A stretch of DNA of 59,759 bases, the filler included. It is 7 parts of 7 records of this genome, joined end to end, with 100 filler letters (N's around TTAATTAATTAA, not from the genome) between each part and the next. Parts side by side here need not be neighbours in the genome. Positions count along the whole stretch, not along the records: positions 40,862 to 46,706 come from SRR31147125_49045; positions 46,807 to 52,798 come from SRR31147125_49059; 5 more parts are not named here. The stretch is one strand, 5' to 3'. The notes beneath the pieces were generated by a model, which saw only the letters and a list, made by a program, of their open reading frames with translations, was not told where the DNA came from and ran no database searches. Positions 40,876-50,756 of the stretch are shown one piece after another (within the stretch, counting starts at the first letter, position 1; every line of letters starts with the position of its first letter). The translations under genes were made by a program, and so were the position numbers.

Positions 40876-42657
40876 GTGCTTAAAACCAAATGGAATTTTT
40901 CAAAAGAAAACTCAAAAAGGCTGGGAATCGTCTTTGGGTCGAATCTGGCTTCCAATATTCTTCCCGGAATATCTTATATTTTTCTTTTCCTGATCGTCAT
41001 GCAGCTTGCGGTGCCTGTTTTATCCGGACAGCAGATTAGCTATATGTCGTTATGGAAATACTGTATCGTGTATGCAGTCGTATTTTTACTCTACATCCTG
41101 CTCTCAATGTGGAGTCAGACAAAAACCAATATGGAAGCCTACAGCATGTCATCGAAACTGCGGATGACGATGGGCGACAAGCTTAGGCGCCTGTCTTTAA
41201 GCTATTTCAAAAAGAATGACCCCGGTGATATTGCTGCAAGATTATTAAGCGATGTTCAAAAGGCTGAAACGATTTTTGCCCGTATTCTGCCCGATACGAC
41301 TACGGCGTTAATCGCGCCTTTGATCTTAATTATAGTATTGGCTACAATTAATACAGTCTTGGCCGGAATCATCCTTTTATCCATTATTTTTGCGGGTGTT
41401 TTCCTGTTCATCGCGCGGAAAACGGTAAGCGTCCTTGGACGGAAGCATGTAAAGACGGTTGTTGAAACATCCTCCCGTATTCTGGAGTATTTTAAAACCA
41501 TCAAGCTCTTAAAATCCTACGATCTGATCGGCGAGCGCTTTGAGACGATGAATGAAGCCATGCTGCGTCTTAAGAAAATTAGCTTTCGGACTGAAATCTG
41601 GGCTACAATTCCCATACAGGTTTTTCTTTTCTGCTTTGACGCGGGTTATTTAGTCGCACTTTTTGCAGCAGTAAAAATGTGCGCGGCCGGAAGCCTGCCC
41701 GTCCATGATCTATTTTCCTTTGCCTTTATCGGTTACTATCTGTTTGAAACGGTAAAATCTCTGGGACCCCAGCTTGTGGAGCTGAAATATGTTTCTCTGT
41801 CCACAAAGCGCATCGGAGAAATATTCGAAGCCGAGGAACCGCCATATAACGAGCTGAATGAGCCGCCGGAAACTAACAATATTACCTTTAATAATGTCAG
41901 CTTCAGCTATGGCGACAGTGACGTTTTAAATGGTGTAAGCTGCGAAATACCTGAGAAATCCATGACCGCACTGGTTGGTATGTCCGGCTCAGGAAAAACG
42001 ACCATGACAAGCCTGATTGCGCGGTTCTGGGATGTTCAGTCAGGCGAGATACGGCTGGGCGGTATTCCGCTTAAAGAAATTGATCCCGACAAACTGCTGT
42101 CCAAGCTCTCAATGGTCTTTCAGGATGTTTATCTGTTTAATGATACCGTTGCCAAAAACATTGGAATCGGTAAAAAAGGGGCGGGCATGGTTGAAATAAC
42201 AAAAGCCGCAAAGCTTGCCTGCTGTGATGATTTCATCAAAGCGCTCCCCGACGGATATGATACTCTTATTAGCGAGGGCGGAAATTCATTATCCGGCGGT
42301 GAAAAACAGCGGATATCGATCGCCCGAGCTATTTTGAAGGATGCGCCGATTGTGATCCTTGACGAAGCGACAGCATCGCTTGATCCCGAAAATGAAGCGG
42401 TAATCCAGAAGGCGTTTGAAAATCTGGTCAAAGAAAAAACGGTTATAGTAATAGCCCATCAGTTCAAATCAATAGTGCAAGCGGACAACATTCTTGTCTT
42501 AGATAAAGGATACATAGCTGAACAAGGAACACACGAAGAATTAATCAATTCAAACGGCCTGTATTCCAAGCTGTGGAAGCAGCAGCAGAAAGCCAGAGGC
42601 TGGAAGATGACATTATCAGATCATAGCGGAAAAAGGAATAACGATGACGAATACTAA
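40876..42657 (+). CDS. Type IV ABC half-transporter (TMD+NBD), IrtA/B-YbtP/Q-like
   Basis: N-terminal TMD with LRMTMGDKLRRLSLSYF. GMSGSGKTT, ARFWDV, SMVFQDVYLF, LSGGEKQRISIARA, LDEATASLDPENE, C-terminal QQKARGW. GAGGT RBS before the GTG start. Confidence 0.88.
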   Translation: MLKTKWNFSKENSKRLGIVFGSNLASNILPGISYIFLFLIVMQLAVPVLSGQQISYMSLWKYCIVYAVVFLLYILLSMWSQTKTNMEAYSMSSKLRMTMGDKLRRLSLSYFKKNDPGDIAARLLSDVQKAETIFARILPDTTTALIAPLILIIVLATINTVLAGIILLSIIFAGVFLFIARKTVSVLGRKHVKTVVETSSRILEYFKTIKLLKSYDLIGERFETMNEAMLRLKKISFRTEIWATIPIQVFLFCFDAGYLVALFAAVKMCAAGSLPVHDLFSFAFIGYYLFETVKSLGPQLVELKYVSLSTKRIGEIFEAEEPPYNELNEPPETNNITFNNVSFSYGDSDVLNGVSCEIPEKSMTALVGMSGSGKTTMTSLIARFWDVQSGEIRLGGIPLKEIDPDKLLSKLSMVFQDVYLFNDTVAKNIGIGKKGAGMVEITKAAKLACCDDFIKALPDGYDTLISEGGNSLSGGEKQRISIARAILKDAPIVILDEATASLDPENEAVIQKAFENLVKEKTVIVIAHQFKSIVQADNILVLDKGYIAEQGTHEELINSNGLYSKLWKQQQKARGWKMTLSDHSGKRNNDDEY

Positions 42658-43403
42658 TATCTTGGAAATCAAAGACCTTTGCGTCAAGGCGGGCGATAAG
42701 ACCGTGCTCAATCATTTAGAGCTTACAATTCCCGCCGCATGAGGTGCACGCTTTATTAGGGCAAAACGGCAGCGGCAAAACCTCGCTAATGATGACGGTT
42801 ATGGGCTTCTCGGGTTATGAGGTTATGCATGGCCAGATCCTTTTTAAGGGACAGAACATCACGGAATTAGACGTCTGTGAGCGAGCACGTCTTGGACTCG
42901 CCATCGCCCAGCAGCGCCCGCCTACAATAGACGGTGTATCACTGCGAAGCATTCTGGTTTATACACTGCGTAATGAGCATAATCCTGAGGAAAAGCTAGC
43001 CGAGCTCGCAAGAATCGCACAGATGGAACCGTTTTTAGATCGCAGCATCAACGACGGGCTGTCCGGCGGTGAGATCAAGCGCGCTGAATTATTGCAGCTT
43101 TTGTCAATGTCACCCGCGTTTTCCATGATGGATGAGCCCGACTCGGGCGTCGATATCGAAGCGCTAGCCCTTGTGGGCGGATTAATCAATAAATTGTTTT
43201 CCCCCGATGAAAAAAGGGCAGCTAAACGAAACGCGGGTCTTATCATCACACACAGCGGTAATATCCTGAAATACCTGAATATTGATAAGGCACACGTCAT
43301 GCACGAAGGCGGCATCGGTTGCTCGGGAAATCCCGCATTAATAATGGATCATATTAGCAAATGTGGATACGAGGACTGTATCCGGTGCATGGGAATGAGG
43401 TAA
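42644..43403 (+). CDS. sufC: SufC-like Fe-S assembly ATPase (SmsC type), one-base indel near 42738
   Basis: Manual N-terminus from ATG 42644, MTNTNILEIKDLCVKAGDKTVLNHLELTIP, joins EVHALLGQNGSGKT. LSGGEIKRAELLQ, DEPDSGVD, IITHSG, C-terminal CSGNP...CGYEDCIRC. Confidence 0.85.
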
Positions 43404-43408
43404 ATCCG

Positions 43409-44587
43409 ATGAAACATCCTGATAACAACGCTAAAATCCGAGGCACTATCCTCAATGAAGAATTTCCCTCAGATTATAATAACCAGCTTGAAAATGAGGA
43501 TACAAAAACACTGTCTGAGGTGGGCGTTATACTAGACAGCAAAAGTCGTTCTGCCACGATGGTCTTGCGCGATCATGAGCCGGTATGCCTGATAAATAAT
43601 AACCAAGACTTTGAGCTGCTGTCCATCTCCGCGGCGCTCAAACGCTACGGCTGGCTGGGCGAAAAATACGCTTTCAAGGCGGTACCGCCGGATTTTGACG
43701 AAGTGACCGAAAAATGCGCCGCCCAGGAAAAACCGCTTGGTTTTTTCATCCATGTAAAAAAAGGGGCCAAGGTGACACTTCCCTGCCAGACGGCAATGGT
43801 TATGGCAAGCAACAACCTTACCCAGGCAGTGCATAACATCGTGATTCTGGAGGAGGATTCACAGCTGGAGCTCATTACCGGCTGTGTGTCGGAGCACAGT
43901 ATCAACGAAGGGACACACCTTGCGGTTGAGGAGTATTATATCGGTAAAAACGCAAAGCTCGTCAGTACGATGGTACACTCGTGGGGGGCTGAGGTAACGG
44001 TCCATCCCCGCACCGGCGCTGTTGTAGCGGAAAACGGGCGTTTTGAAAGCAACTATATCTCGCTCCGTGCCGCCAAGCAGGTAAAGAGCGATCCACATAC
44101 CTACCTCAACGGCAAGGGGGCGTCCGCTAAATATCTTACCGTAGTGCTGGGTACGCCGGGATCCGCGATTGATACTGCGGGAAACGTATACCTCAACGCG
44201 GAGGATACAAGTGCCGAGCTTGTACACCGTGCCGTTTGCACCGGCGGGATCATGCATCAAGGCGGATTGCTTATCGGAAAAGCTCCGTGCAAAGCCCATG
44301 TGGACTGCGCAGCCATGTTGCTTGATGATACGGGAAAAGGGTTTGTTGAATCGGTGCCGGGGCTCAGATCACATCACCCGGATGCCCGTATGAGCCATGA
44401 GGCGAGCATCGGCAAAATCGCGCCGGAACAGGTGGAATACCTAATGTCACGCGGCATGCAGGAATCTGAAGCGATCTCCATGCTTATCCGTGGCTTTTTA
44501 GGCGCGGACATTGTGGGACTCGGCCCTGAGCTTGATGCACAGATTGCCGAGATCGCAGAAGTAGCCGGGCACGGAGAAGAGCAATAA
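43409..44587 (+). CDS. sufB: SufB/SufD-family Fe-S scaffold (SmsB type)
   Basis: QAVHNIVILEE, ITGC, MVHSWG, AHVDC, SHEASIGKIAPEQVEYLMSRG...IRGFL. RBS GAGGT before ATG 43409. Confidence 0.85.
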   Translation: MKHPDNNAKIRGTILNEEFPSDYNNQLENEDTKTLSEVGVILDSKSRSATMVLRDHEPVCLINNNQDFELLSISAALKRYGWLGEKYAFKAVPPDFDEVTEKCAAQEKPLGFFIHVKKGAKVTLPCQTAMVMASNNLTQAVHNIVILEEDSQLELITGCVSEHSINEGTHLAVEEYYIGKNAKLVSTMVHSWGAEVTVHPRTGAVVAENGRFESNYISLRAAKQVKSDPHTYLNGKGASAKYLTVVLGTPGSAIDTAGNVYLNAEDTSAELVHRAVCTGGIMHQGGLLIGKAPCKAHVDCAAMLLDDTGKGFVESVPGLRSHHPDARMSHEASIGKIAPEQVEYLMSRGMQESEAISMLIRGFLGADIVGLGPELDAQIAEIAEVAGHGEEQ

Positions 44588-44698
44588 ATCAGGTGAGCTA
44601 CAAATCAGAAAGGTCAATTTAAGTGAAAACCTGATGGCATGGTTGCAATCTCTTTAATCAACATTGTAAGGATTATATTATGGCAACAAGTATTCACC

Positions 44699-44734
44699 GC
44701 GGACGGCTACATTCAGCCGCCCGCTTTTCTCTTT
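44699..44734 (+). terminator. Probable intrinsic terminator after the SufC/SufB pair
   Basis: GCGGACGGCT / AGCCGCCCGC stem (one mismatch) followed by TTTTCTCTTT. Confidence 0.6.
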
Positions 44735-44951
44735 CCACTATTACTTACTTTTCATTTGGCTTGTTATGGATAGCTTTCGAAAAAAGCCCGGTGAAACGCT
44801 GGATTCGTGACGGATATAGGCGGCTCGGTTCATTTCCGCCTTTCATTTGGGGCAGAATAATGGTAAAATAATACTGGTTTTTGCTCTGAAGCACTAGATG
44901 TTTTTTTGAGTTCATTTATAAAGAGATTTTTTTGTAAATTAGGAGGACCTC

Positions 44952-46643
44952 ATGAAAAGACGCATAGTTGGTTTTTTGATCGTAATAATCTTGCTGATAA
45001 ATAGTATTCCGGCTGTTGCCGCTGATACAGATTATTCAGATGTGCCGTCAGACCACTGGGCGGCAGAATACATAAATAATGCCACACAGCTGGGTTTAAT
45101 AAACGGGATTGGAGACGGGCTTTTTGGAACGGGGCAAAATGTGACAAGAGCTCAATTTGCCGCTATGCTTGTGAGGCTTTTTGGCTGGGAAGCAGTAAAT
45201 CCAGACACGCCTAGTTTTTCTGATAACCAAGATACAAGCATGTGGTATTATTCAGCGATAGAAACCGCTGTCGCCAACGGAGCAGTTTTAACAGACAGCT
45301 CAACTTTCTTGCCGAACGATAGCATAACGCGGGAAGATATGGCCATTATGTTGGTGCGTGCTCTTGGCTATGATACGCTGGCCTCTGGTGTGGCAGATTA
45401 TGAAGTACCTTTTACGGATGTGACTGAGAATATCGGATATATCACAATTGCATACAATTTTGGAATTATTACCGGGATGACTGACACCACATTTGAGCCT
45501 GGTGGTTTCGCAACAAGAGAGCAGGCTGCTGCAATGATGATACGCCTTTATGATAAATACAGCGCACAAACCGACTGGCTCCATGCATTCTATGCGATAT
45601 CCTCGTTTTCTCAATCCAGTAGTATTTCTAGTTTGGATGCGCTTTCATTCGGCTGGAGCAAGCTCCAATATACAGAGGAAGACGGTGTCTTTCTGAACAC
45701 GACCACGTCTGACGAAAATGAATTTCACATTCCGACAGGCTACAGCTCACCGGTACATATTGCTCAAGGCAGTAATGTCCCGGCGAACCTAAACATTTAC
45801 ATGAGTACATCTCAGTCAGTAACTAAATCAGACGGAACGGTCTCAGATGCCTGTCGGGAAGTGTTGTTGAGTCCTGATAATCGTTCCGACGCAATTTCTC
45901 AGATTATTTCGTTGCTGCAAAGCAATTCTTTTCTATCGGGCGTTACCATAGATTTTGAAGGTATGAGCGGCGAAGACCTGAAGACGGGTTTGACCATGTT
46001 CTTGGAAGACCTGCGATCAGCTATGGAAGGCATGGAAAAAACGATTTATGTCTGTGTCCCTCCGGTTACATCCGACGGCCAGTACTATGACGCCTATGAC
46101 TACAAGGCTATCGGGGAGTACAGTGATAAGGTCATATTGATGGCGCATGATTATCAGGCGACCAGTATGTCTTCCGAGCTGATGGAAGCAGGATTTACCA
46201 TAACGCCACTTACCCCAATATATGAAGTGTATTATGCGTTGAAAGCGGTTACCGACTCGGATACCGGCGTACAGGACACCAGCAAGGTTGCGCTGGCAAT
46301 CAGTTTCAATACCGAGCAGTGGCAGTTGCAGGATGGCAAAGTTATCAACTCAACGCCTTTCCATCCCGATACTTCAAGCGTTTACAGCCGACTCACCGAT
46401 ACAGGCACAACGCTCAACTACTCGAAGCAATATGAAAACCCTTATCTGACGTTTTATAACGACAGTGATGATACTCAAAATGTGCTCTGGTATGAGGATG
46501 AACGCAGTATAGCGGCAAAAATTGAATTGGCGCGTATGTTTGGGGTTGACGGCATTTCTGTCTGGCGCCTTGGAATAATTCCGGATTATGACGATCTGGG
46601 TATTAACTACAATGTATTAGAGTTGCTTACGAGCAAACGATAA
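44952..46643 (+). CDS. S-layer homology (3x SLH) + GH18 glycoside hydrolase
   Basis: Signal peptide. SLH motifs YSDVPSDHWA...VTRAQFA, ITREDMA, ATREQAA. GH18 GVTIDFE, LMAHDY, WYEDERSIAAKI, GISVWRLG. Confidence 0.9.
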   Translation: MKRRIVGFLIVIILLINSIPAVAADTDYSDVPSDHWAAEYINNATQLGLINGIGDGLFGTGQNVTRAQFAAMLVRLFGWEAVNPDTPSFSDNQDTSMWYYSAIETAVANGAVLTDSSTFLPNDSITREDMAIMLVRALGYDTLASGVADYEVPFTDVTENIGYITIAYNFGIITGMTDTTFEPGGFATREQAAAMMIRLYDKYSAQTDWLHAFYAISSFSQSSSISSLDALSFGWSKLQYTEEDGVFLNTTTSDENEFHIPTGYSSPVHIAQGSNVPANLNIYMSTSQSVTKSDGTVSDACREVLLSPDNRSDAISQIISLLQSNSFLSGVTIDFEGMSGEDLKTGLTMFLEDLRSAMEGMEKTIYVCVPPVTSDGQYYDAYDYKAIGEYSDKVILMAHDYQATSMSSELMEAGFTITPLTPIYEVYYALKAVTDSDTGVQDTSKVALAISFNTEQWQLQDGKVINSTPFHPDTSSVYSRLTDTGTTLNYSKQYENPYLTFYNDSDDTQNVLWYEDERSIAAKIELARMFGVDGISVWRLGIIPDYDDLGINYNVLELLTSKR

Positions 46644-46706
46644 ATTCCACTAATGTTTACAAGGTGTTAAATCTTGGGGTATTTTTTATCCCACTTTTCC
46701 GAAAAC

Positions 46707-46806
46707 NNNNNNNNNNNNNNNNNNNNNNNNNNNNNNNNNNNNNNNNNNNNTTAATTAATTAANNNNNNNNNNNNNNNNNNNNNNNNNNNNNNNNNNNNNN
46801 NNNNNN
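46707..46806. other. Artificial contig spacer
   Basis: 44 N + TTAATTAATTAA + 44 N. Confidence 0.99.
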
Positions 46807-48965
46807 GGATATTTCCCAATAATCTCATTTCCGATTTCCTTCATTAACTCAGAAGTGCTAAGTCCGTTACGGTATTCGTAGTCGACAAAAGTTACCGTGA
46901 TTCTACCTTTATGCGGTGTTTCTCCAATGGCTAAAAAATCACTTTCGCTATTCGAACCTGTTCCAACGTTGGTAAGTAATGATTCTACAACATCATCGTA
47001 AGGATTCAATACCTCAAAAACTTTATCTTCCAATTGCATCATAAATTCGTTGGAAGTAGTAATGTCAGTTCCAATAGGTAATTCAGCTAAAACGTTGATG
47101 TATTTTGGATCTCCGTCAGGGAAAAACAAAACCTTAGGTTGACGTGCTCCTAAAAACATAATCGTGAAAATCAGCAGGAATAATGAGCCCAAAATGAAAT
47201 AAAACGGATTACGTTTTCTTAACGCAAATTGCAGTACTTTCAAATAAAAATTTTCAAGTTTTGGTAGCGCCACATCCTGAAACCATTGACCTTTCGATTT
47301 AAAGTAATAAACATTAAACAGGGTAATCAACGAACCGATTACAATCAAGTTCCCGAATAAATTATTTCCGGCAATAAAGAATAAAGTAGCGATAACCAGT
47401 AAAATGGCAATTACGATATTCACCTTCTTTTTATTACTCTTCTTGGGTTGTTGTAAAGGATCAAAAGTTGAAGCAAAAACCGGAATGATGATGAGTGCTA
47501 CAAACAATGATGAAGACAAAACGATAATCAGCGTAATGGGTAAAAATTTCATAAACTCACCCACCAGCGAATCCCAAAAAATTAACGGGAAAAATACGGC
47601 CAGGGTTGTGAGGGTAGAGGAAATTATAGGCATGGCAATTTCACCCACCGCATTTTTGGCAGCGCTGAACAAACTATGCCCTTTCTGATTAAATCGAACG
47701 ATGTTCTCAACCACCACAATGGCATTGTCAACGAGCATCCCTAAAGCAAGGATTAAGGAGAATAACACGATCATGTTAATCCGCATACCCATTAACGAAA
47801 TGATCACAAAGGAGATGAACATAGACATGGGGATGGCAAATCCTACGAAAAGTGCATTCCGGGTTCCGAGGAAGAAAAACAACACGATGATTACAAAAAG
47901 CATCCCTAAAAGAATACTGTTTTCGAGGTTACTTAATTGCTTCCGAACCATATCGGAAGTATCGTTGGTAATAGAAATATTTAGTTTTTCGGGTAAGGAA
48001 TTGTTTGCCCGGGCTTCATCTAAAATTTCAAAAACCTGATCAGTGGTTGCCAAAATATTCTCTCCGCTTTTCTTCACTACCTGTAGCGAAACCACAGGAT
48101 GTTTATCTAAGCGCGCAAAACTGTTTGGTTCGGCAAAACCGTCAATCACTTCTGCAATATCTTTTAAGTAAACAATTTTTTGATCATCATTTTTCACGAT
48201 GATGTTTTCAATATCCTTCATGCTTCGGAATTCACCATCGGCACGAATGGAACGTCGGGTTCCTCCCAATTTAATTTCACCGGCCGAGATGGATAAATTC
48301 TCTGCAGCAATGGCATTTTCGATATCGTTAAAGTTGAGGGCATTGGCATCAAGCTTATGCATGTCAACATTAATTTTAATCTCTCTATCGGTGATTCCAG
48401 TGATGTCTACCCGCGCCACTTCGTAAATGGTCTCGAATTCATCTTCTAAAAATTCGGCATACTTTTTTAACTCAACCAAACTGTAATCGCCCGAGAGGTT
48501 AATGTTGATAATCGGGAATTCTGACATCTCGATATCGGTAACTTCCGGATCGGTATCCAAATCGTTGGGCAATTCACTTTTGGCTTTATCCACGGCGTCT
48601 TTAACATCGGTTAAAGCTTCGGATATTTCCACATTTGTATTAAATTCGATAAAAACCAAGGAATAATCCTGAGCCGAGGTTGAGGTCATTTTCTTAATCC
48701 CTTTAATGGTCTCAATTTCTTTTTCAAGTGGTCGGCTAATTAGGTTTTCAATGTCGACCGGAGCATTCCCGGGATAAACGGTGGTTACCAAAATCCATGG
48801 TACAGAGATATCCGGCTGTAGTTCTTTGGGCAAACTCACATATGAGAATAGGCCGAACAGAGCCAAAGCAACAGTTAGTAAGAAAACTGTGTTTTTATTT
48901 TTTAGTGCAATGGTAGTTAACTTAAACTCCCTTACAACTTTTTCAATTTTTTCTTTATTACTCAT
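46807..48965 (-). CDS. RND efflux permease (AcrB/AcrD/AcrF family), 3' truncated
   Basis: VYPGNAPVDIENLISRPLE, LGMLVDNAIVVVENI, STLTTLAVFFPL. Confidence 0.93.
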
Positions 48966-48989
48966 CTAAATTATTTTTTCAGATAAAAC

Positions 48990-50120
48990 CTATCCTATCT
49001 TAACAAGGCTACCGTCAGAAACCTGATTGTAACCAGCAACAATAACGCGTTCTCCGGCGGTGAGGCCTTCTTCAATTAAACTTTGATCGAGGTAAGAAAC
49101 TCCCGCTTTAACATATTTTTTTCGGGCTATCCATTTACCGTTTTCTTGTACTGCTACGTAAAGGAAAGAGCCTGTCATGTCTTGTTTGATGATGATGGAA
49201 GGCACAACCAAAGCATGCTCGCTCGAAAAATCGTTGATGCGGATGATGGCCATCCCGTTGGGTTTTAGCATCTCCTTTTGATTTTTTATTCGAAGTTGCA
49301 TTTTTACCGTTCGGTTTTGTGGATGAATCACATTTGAAATGCGATAAATCGATTCTTTTAACTCAATTCCGGGGAATACAGGAAAACTCAAATCAACCTT
49401 GTCTCCTTTTTGAATTACCGGCAAATAAGTTTCTGCCACATCGGCGTTGATGTAAATCCGATCGAGATTTACGAGTTGCAGAATTTGCATTCCAGGAACT
49501 GCAAGGTCACCTTCTTTTTGAAGAATATCATCGATGATTCCGTTAAATGGAGCTTTTATCGATGCTAAATCCAATTGTGCATTTAAAGTTGCCAGTTGGT
49601 CTTCCAGACCTTCTTTGGTGTTTTTGGCGGTGAGGTAGTCAATCTCCGAACCAATTTTTTTGTCCCAAAGTTTTTGCTGTTTTTCAAAAACTACGGTAGC
49701 CAGATTTAACCCGGTTTCAACTCCCGAAATATTACTTTCGATAACCGAGGTATTTAACTTAGCAAGTAGTTCGCCCTTTTTCACTCGTTGGCCTTCTTCC
49801 ACATAAATATTTTGAATTTGGCCGTTTAGTTCGGGGCTGATAAAAGCTGATTTGGCAGCTTCGATTGATCCGCTTACCTCAAAATAATGATTGAAGGTTT
49901 CAGCTTGTAATTCTTTAATATTAACAGCCACGGCAGTTGCCTGCTCGCCATTGGCTTGGGCACTTGCACCAAGTTCTTTTTCAAGCTGATTTATTTTTGT
50001 TTGGATACTTACCAATTCTGCATTTAAACTTTTTAATTCCTCGCGCTTGGTTTGGTCATTTTCTGACGATGCGCATCCGGTAAGGAATGCAATTACTAGA
50101 ATAAATAGAATCTTTTTCAT
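48990..50120 (-). CDS. RND periplasmic adaptor (membrane fusion lipoprotein)
   Basis: Lipobox LTGC. VEEGQRVKKGELLAKL, IKAPFNGII, GLTAGERVI. Confidence 0.92.
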   Translation of the reverse strand: MKKILFILVIAFLTGCASSENDQTKREELKSLNAELVSIQTKINQLEKELGASAQANGEQATAVAVNIKELQAETFNHYFEVSGSIEAAKSAFISPELNGQIQNIYVEEGQRVKKGELLAKLNTSVIESNISGVETGLNLATVVFEKQQKLWDKKIGSEIDYLTAKNTKEGLEDQLATLNAQLDLASIKAPFNGIIDDILQKEGDLAVPGMQILQLVNLDRIYINADVAETYLPVIQKGDKVDLSFPVFPGIELKESIYRISNVIHPQNRTVKMQLRIKNQKEMLKPNGMAIIRINDFSSEHALVVPSIIIKQDMTGSFLYVAVQENGKWIARKKYVKAGVSYLDQSLIEEGLTAGERVIVAGYNQVSDGSLVKIG

Positions 50121-50139
50121 TTTGCGTGTTTGTTATGAT

Positions 50140-50735
50140 TTATTTCAAATTTTCTTTTAATATTTTTAATCCTTTTTCATTTACAATTCCATGTAAATGG
50201 TAATTAAGTGTTTCGTTTGCGAACTCAATGGAGACAATTTCGTCAAATGTAAAAATGTCAGTCTCAAGAATTTTTTCGTTATGAAACACGTGGAGCCTGG
50301 CAATAATATTTTCGTCTAGATCCTCGCGGTAAATGCCTTCTTTTTTCCTCTCACCAAATTGTTTAAAAAGGCTGCATACATAAAATCCCGTTTGGCTTTT
50401 CTAAAAGTTTGATACACTTCGGGGAAATACTTTCTCAGATCGAAGAGCATATTGGGCTTGTGTCCTTTATGTTCTTTCATTAAAAAACTATTCATGGCCA
50501 GAAGTTGTTCGAGGGCGTTACCCTCGCCGTTCAAAACCTTTTCGATCAGTTTGGTTTTTCGGTTGAATTCATAAAAAATTATCTTTTCAACCAAGTCGGC
50601 CTTGTCGTTAAAGTATTGGTAAAGTGTTTTTTTCGACATGCCAAGTTCCGACGAAAGATCATCCATGGTCACACTCTTTATCCCATAGTTTTGGAATAAT
50701 TGCAGCGATTTTTCTATTATCTGCGTTTCTTTCAT
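50140..50735 (-). CDS. TetR/AcrR regulator, one-base indel near 50343
   Basis: HTH GIKSVTMDDLSSELGMSKKTLYQYF. The shifted frame continues EGIYREDLDENIIARLH...HGIVNEKGLKILKENLK to a stop at 50140. Confidence 0.88.
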
Positions 50736-50756
50736 TCAGCTCTTTTAGACATTTTT

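Noticed and set aside
42735-42745. TGA in the SufC N-terminus as selenocysteine or stop readthrough
   Set aside because: The Walker A region continues in a different frame, so this is an indel and not an in-frame recoded stop.
44590-44950. Riboswitch or small ORF (44680-44871) upstream of the SLH-GH18 gene
   Set aside because: I found only a terminator-like stem and short hairpins, no c-di-AMP or c-di-GMP consensus, and the ORF spans the terminator with no recognisable motif.
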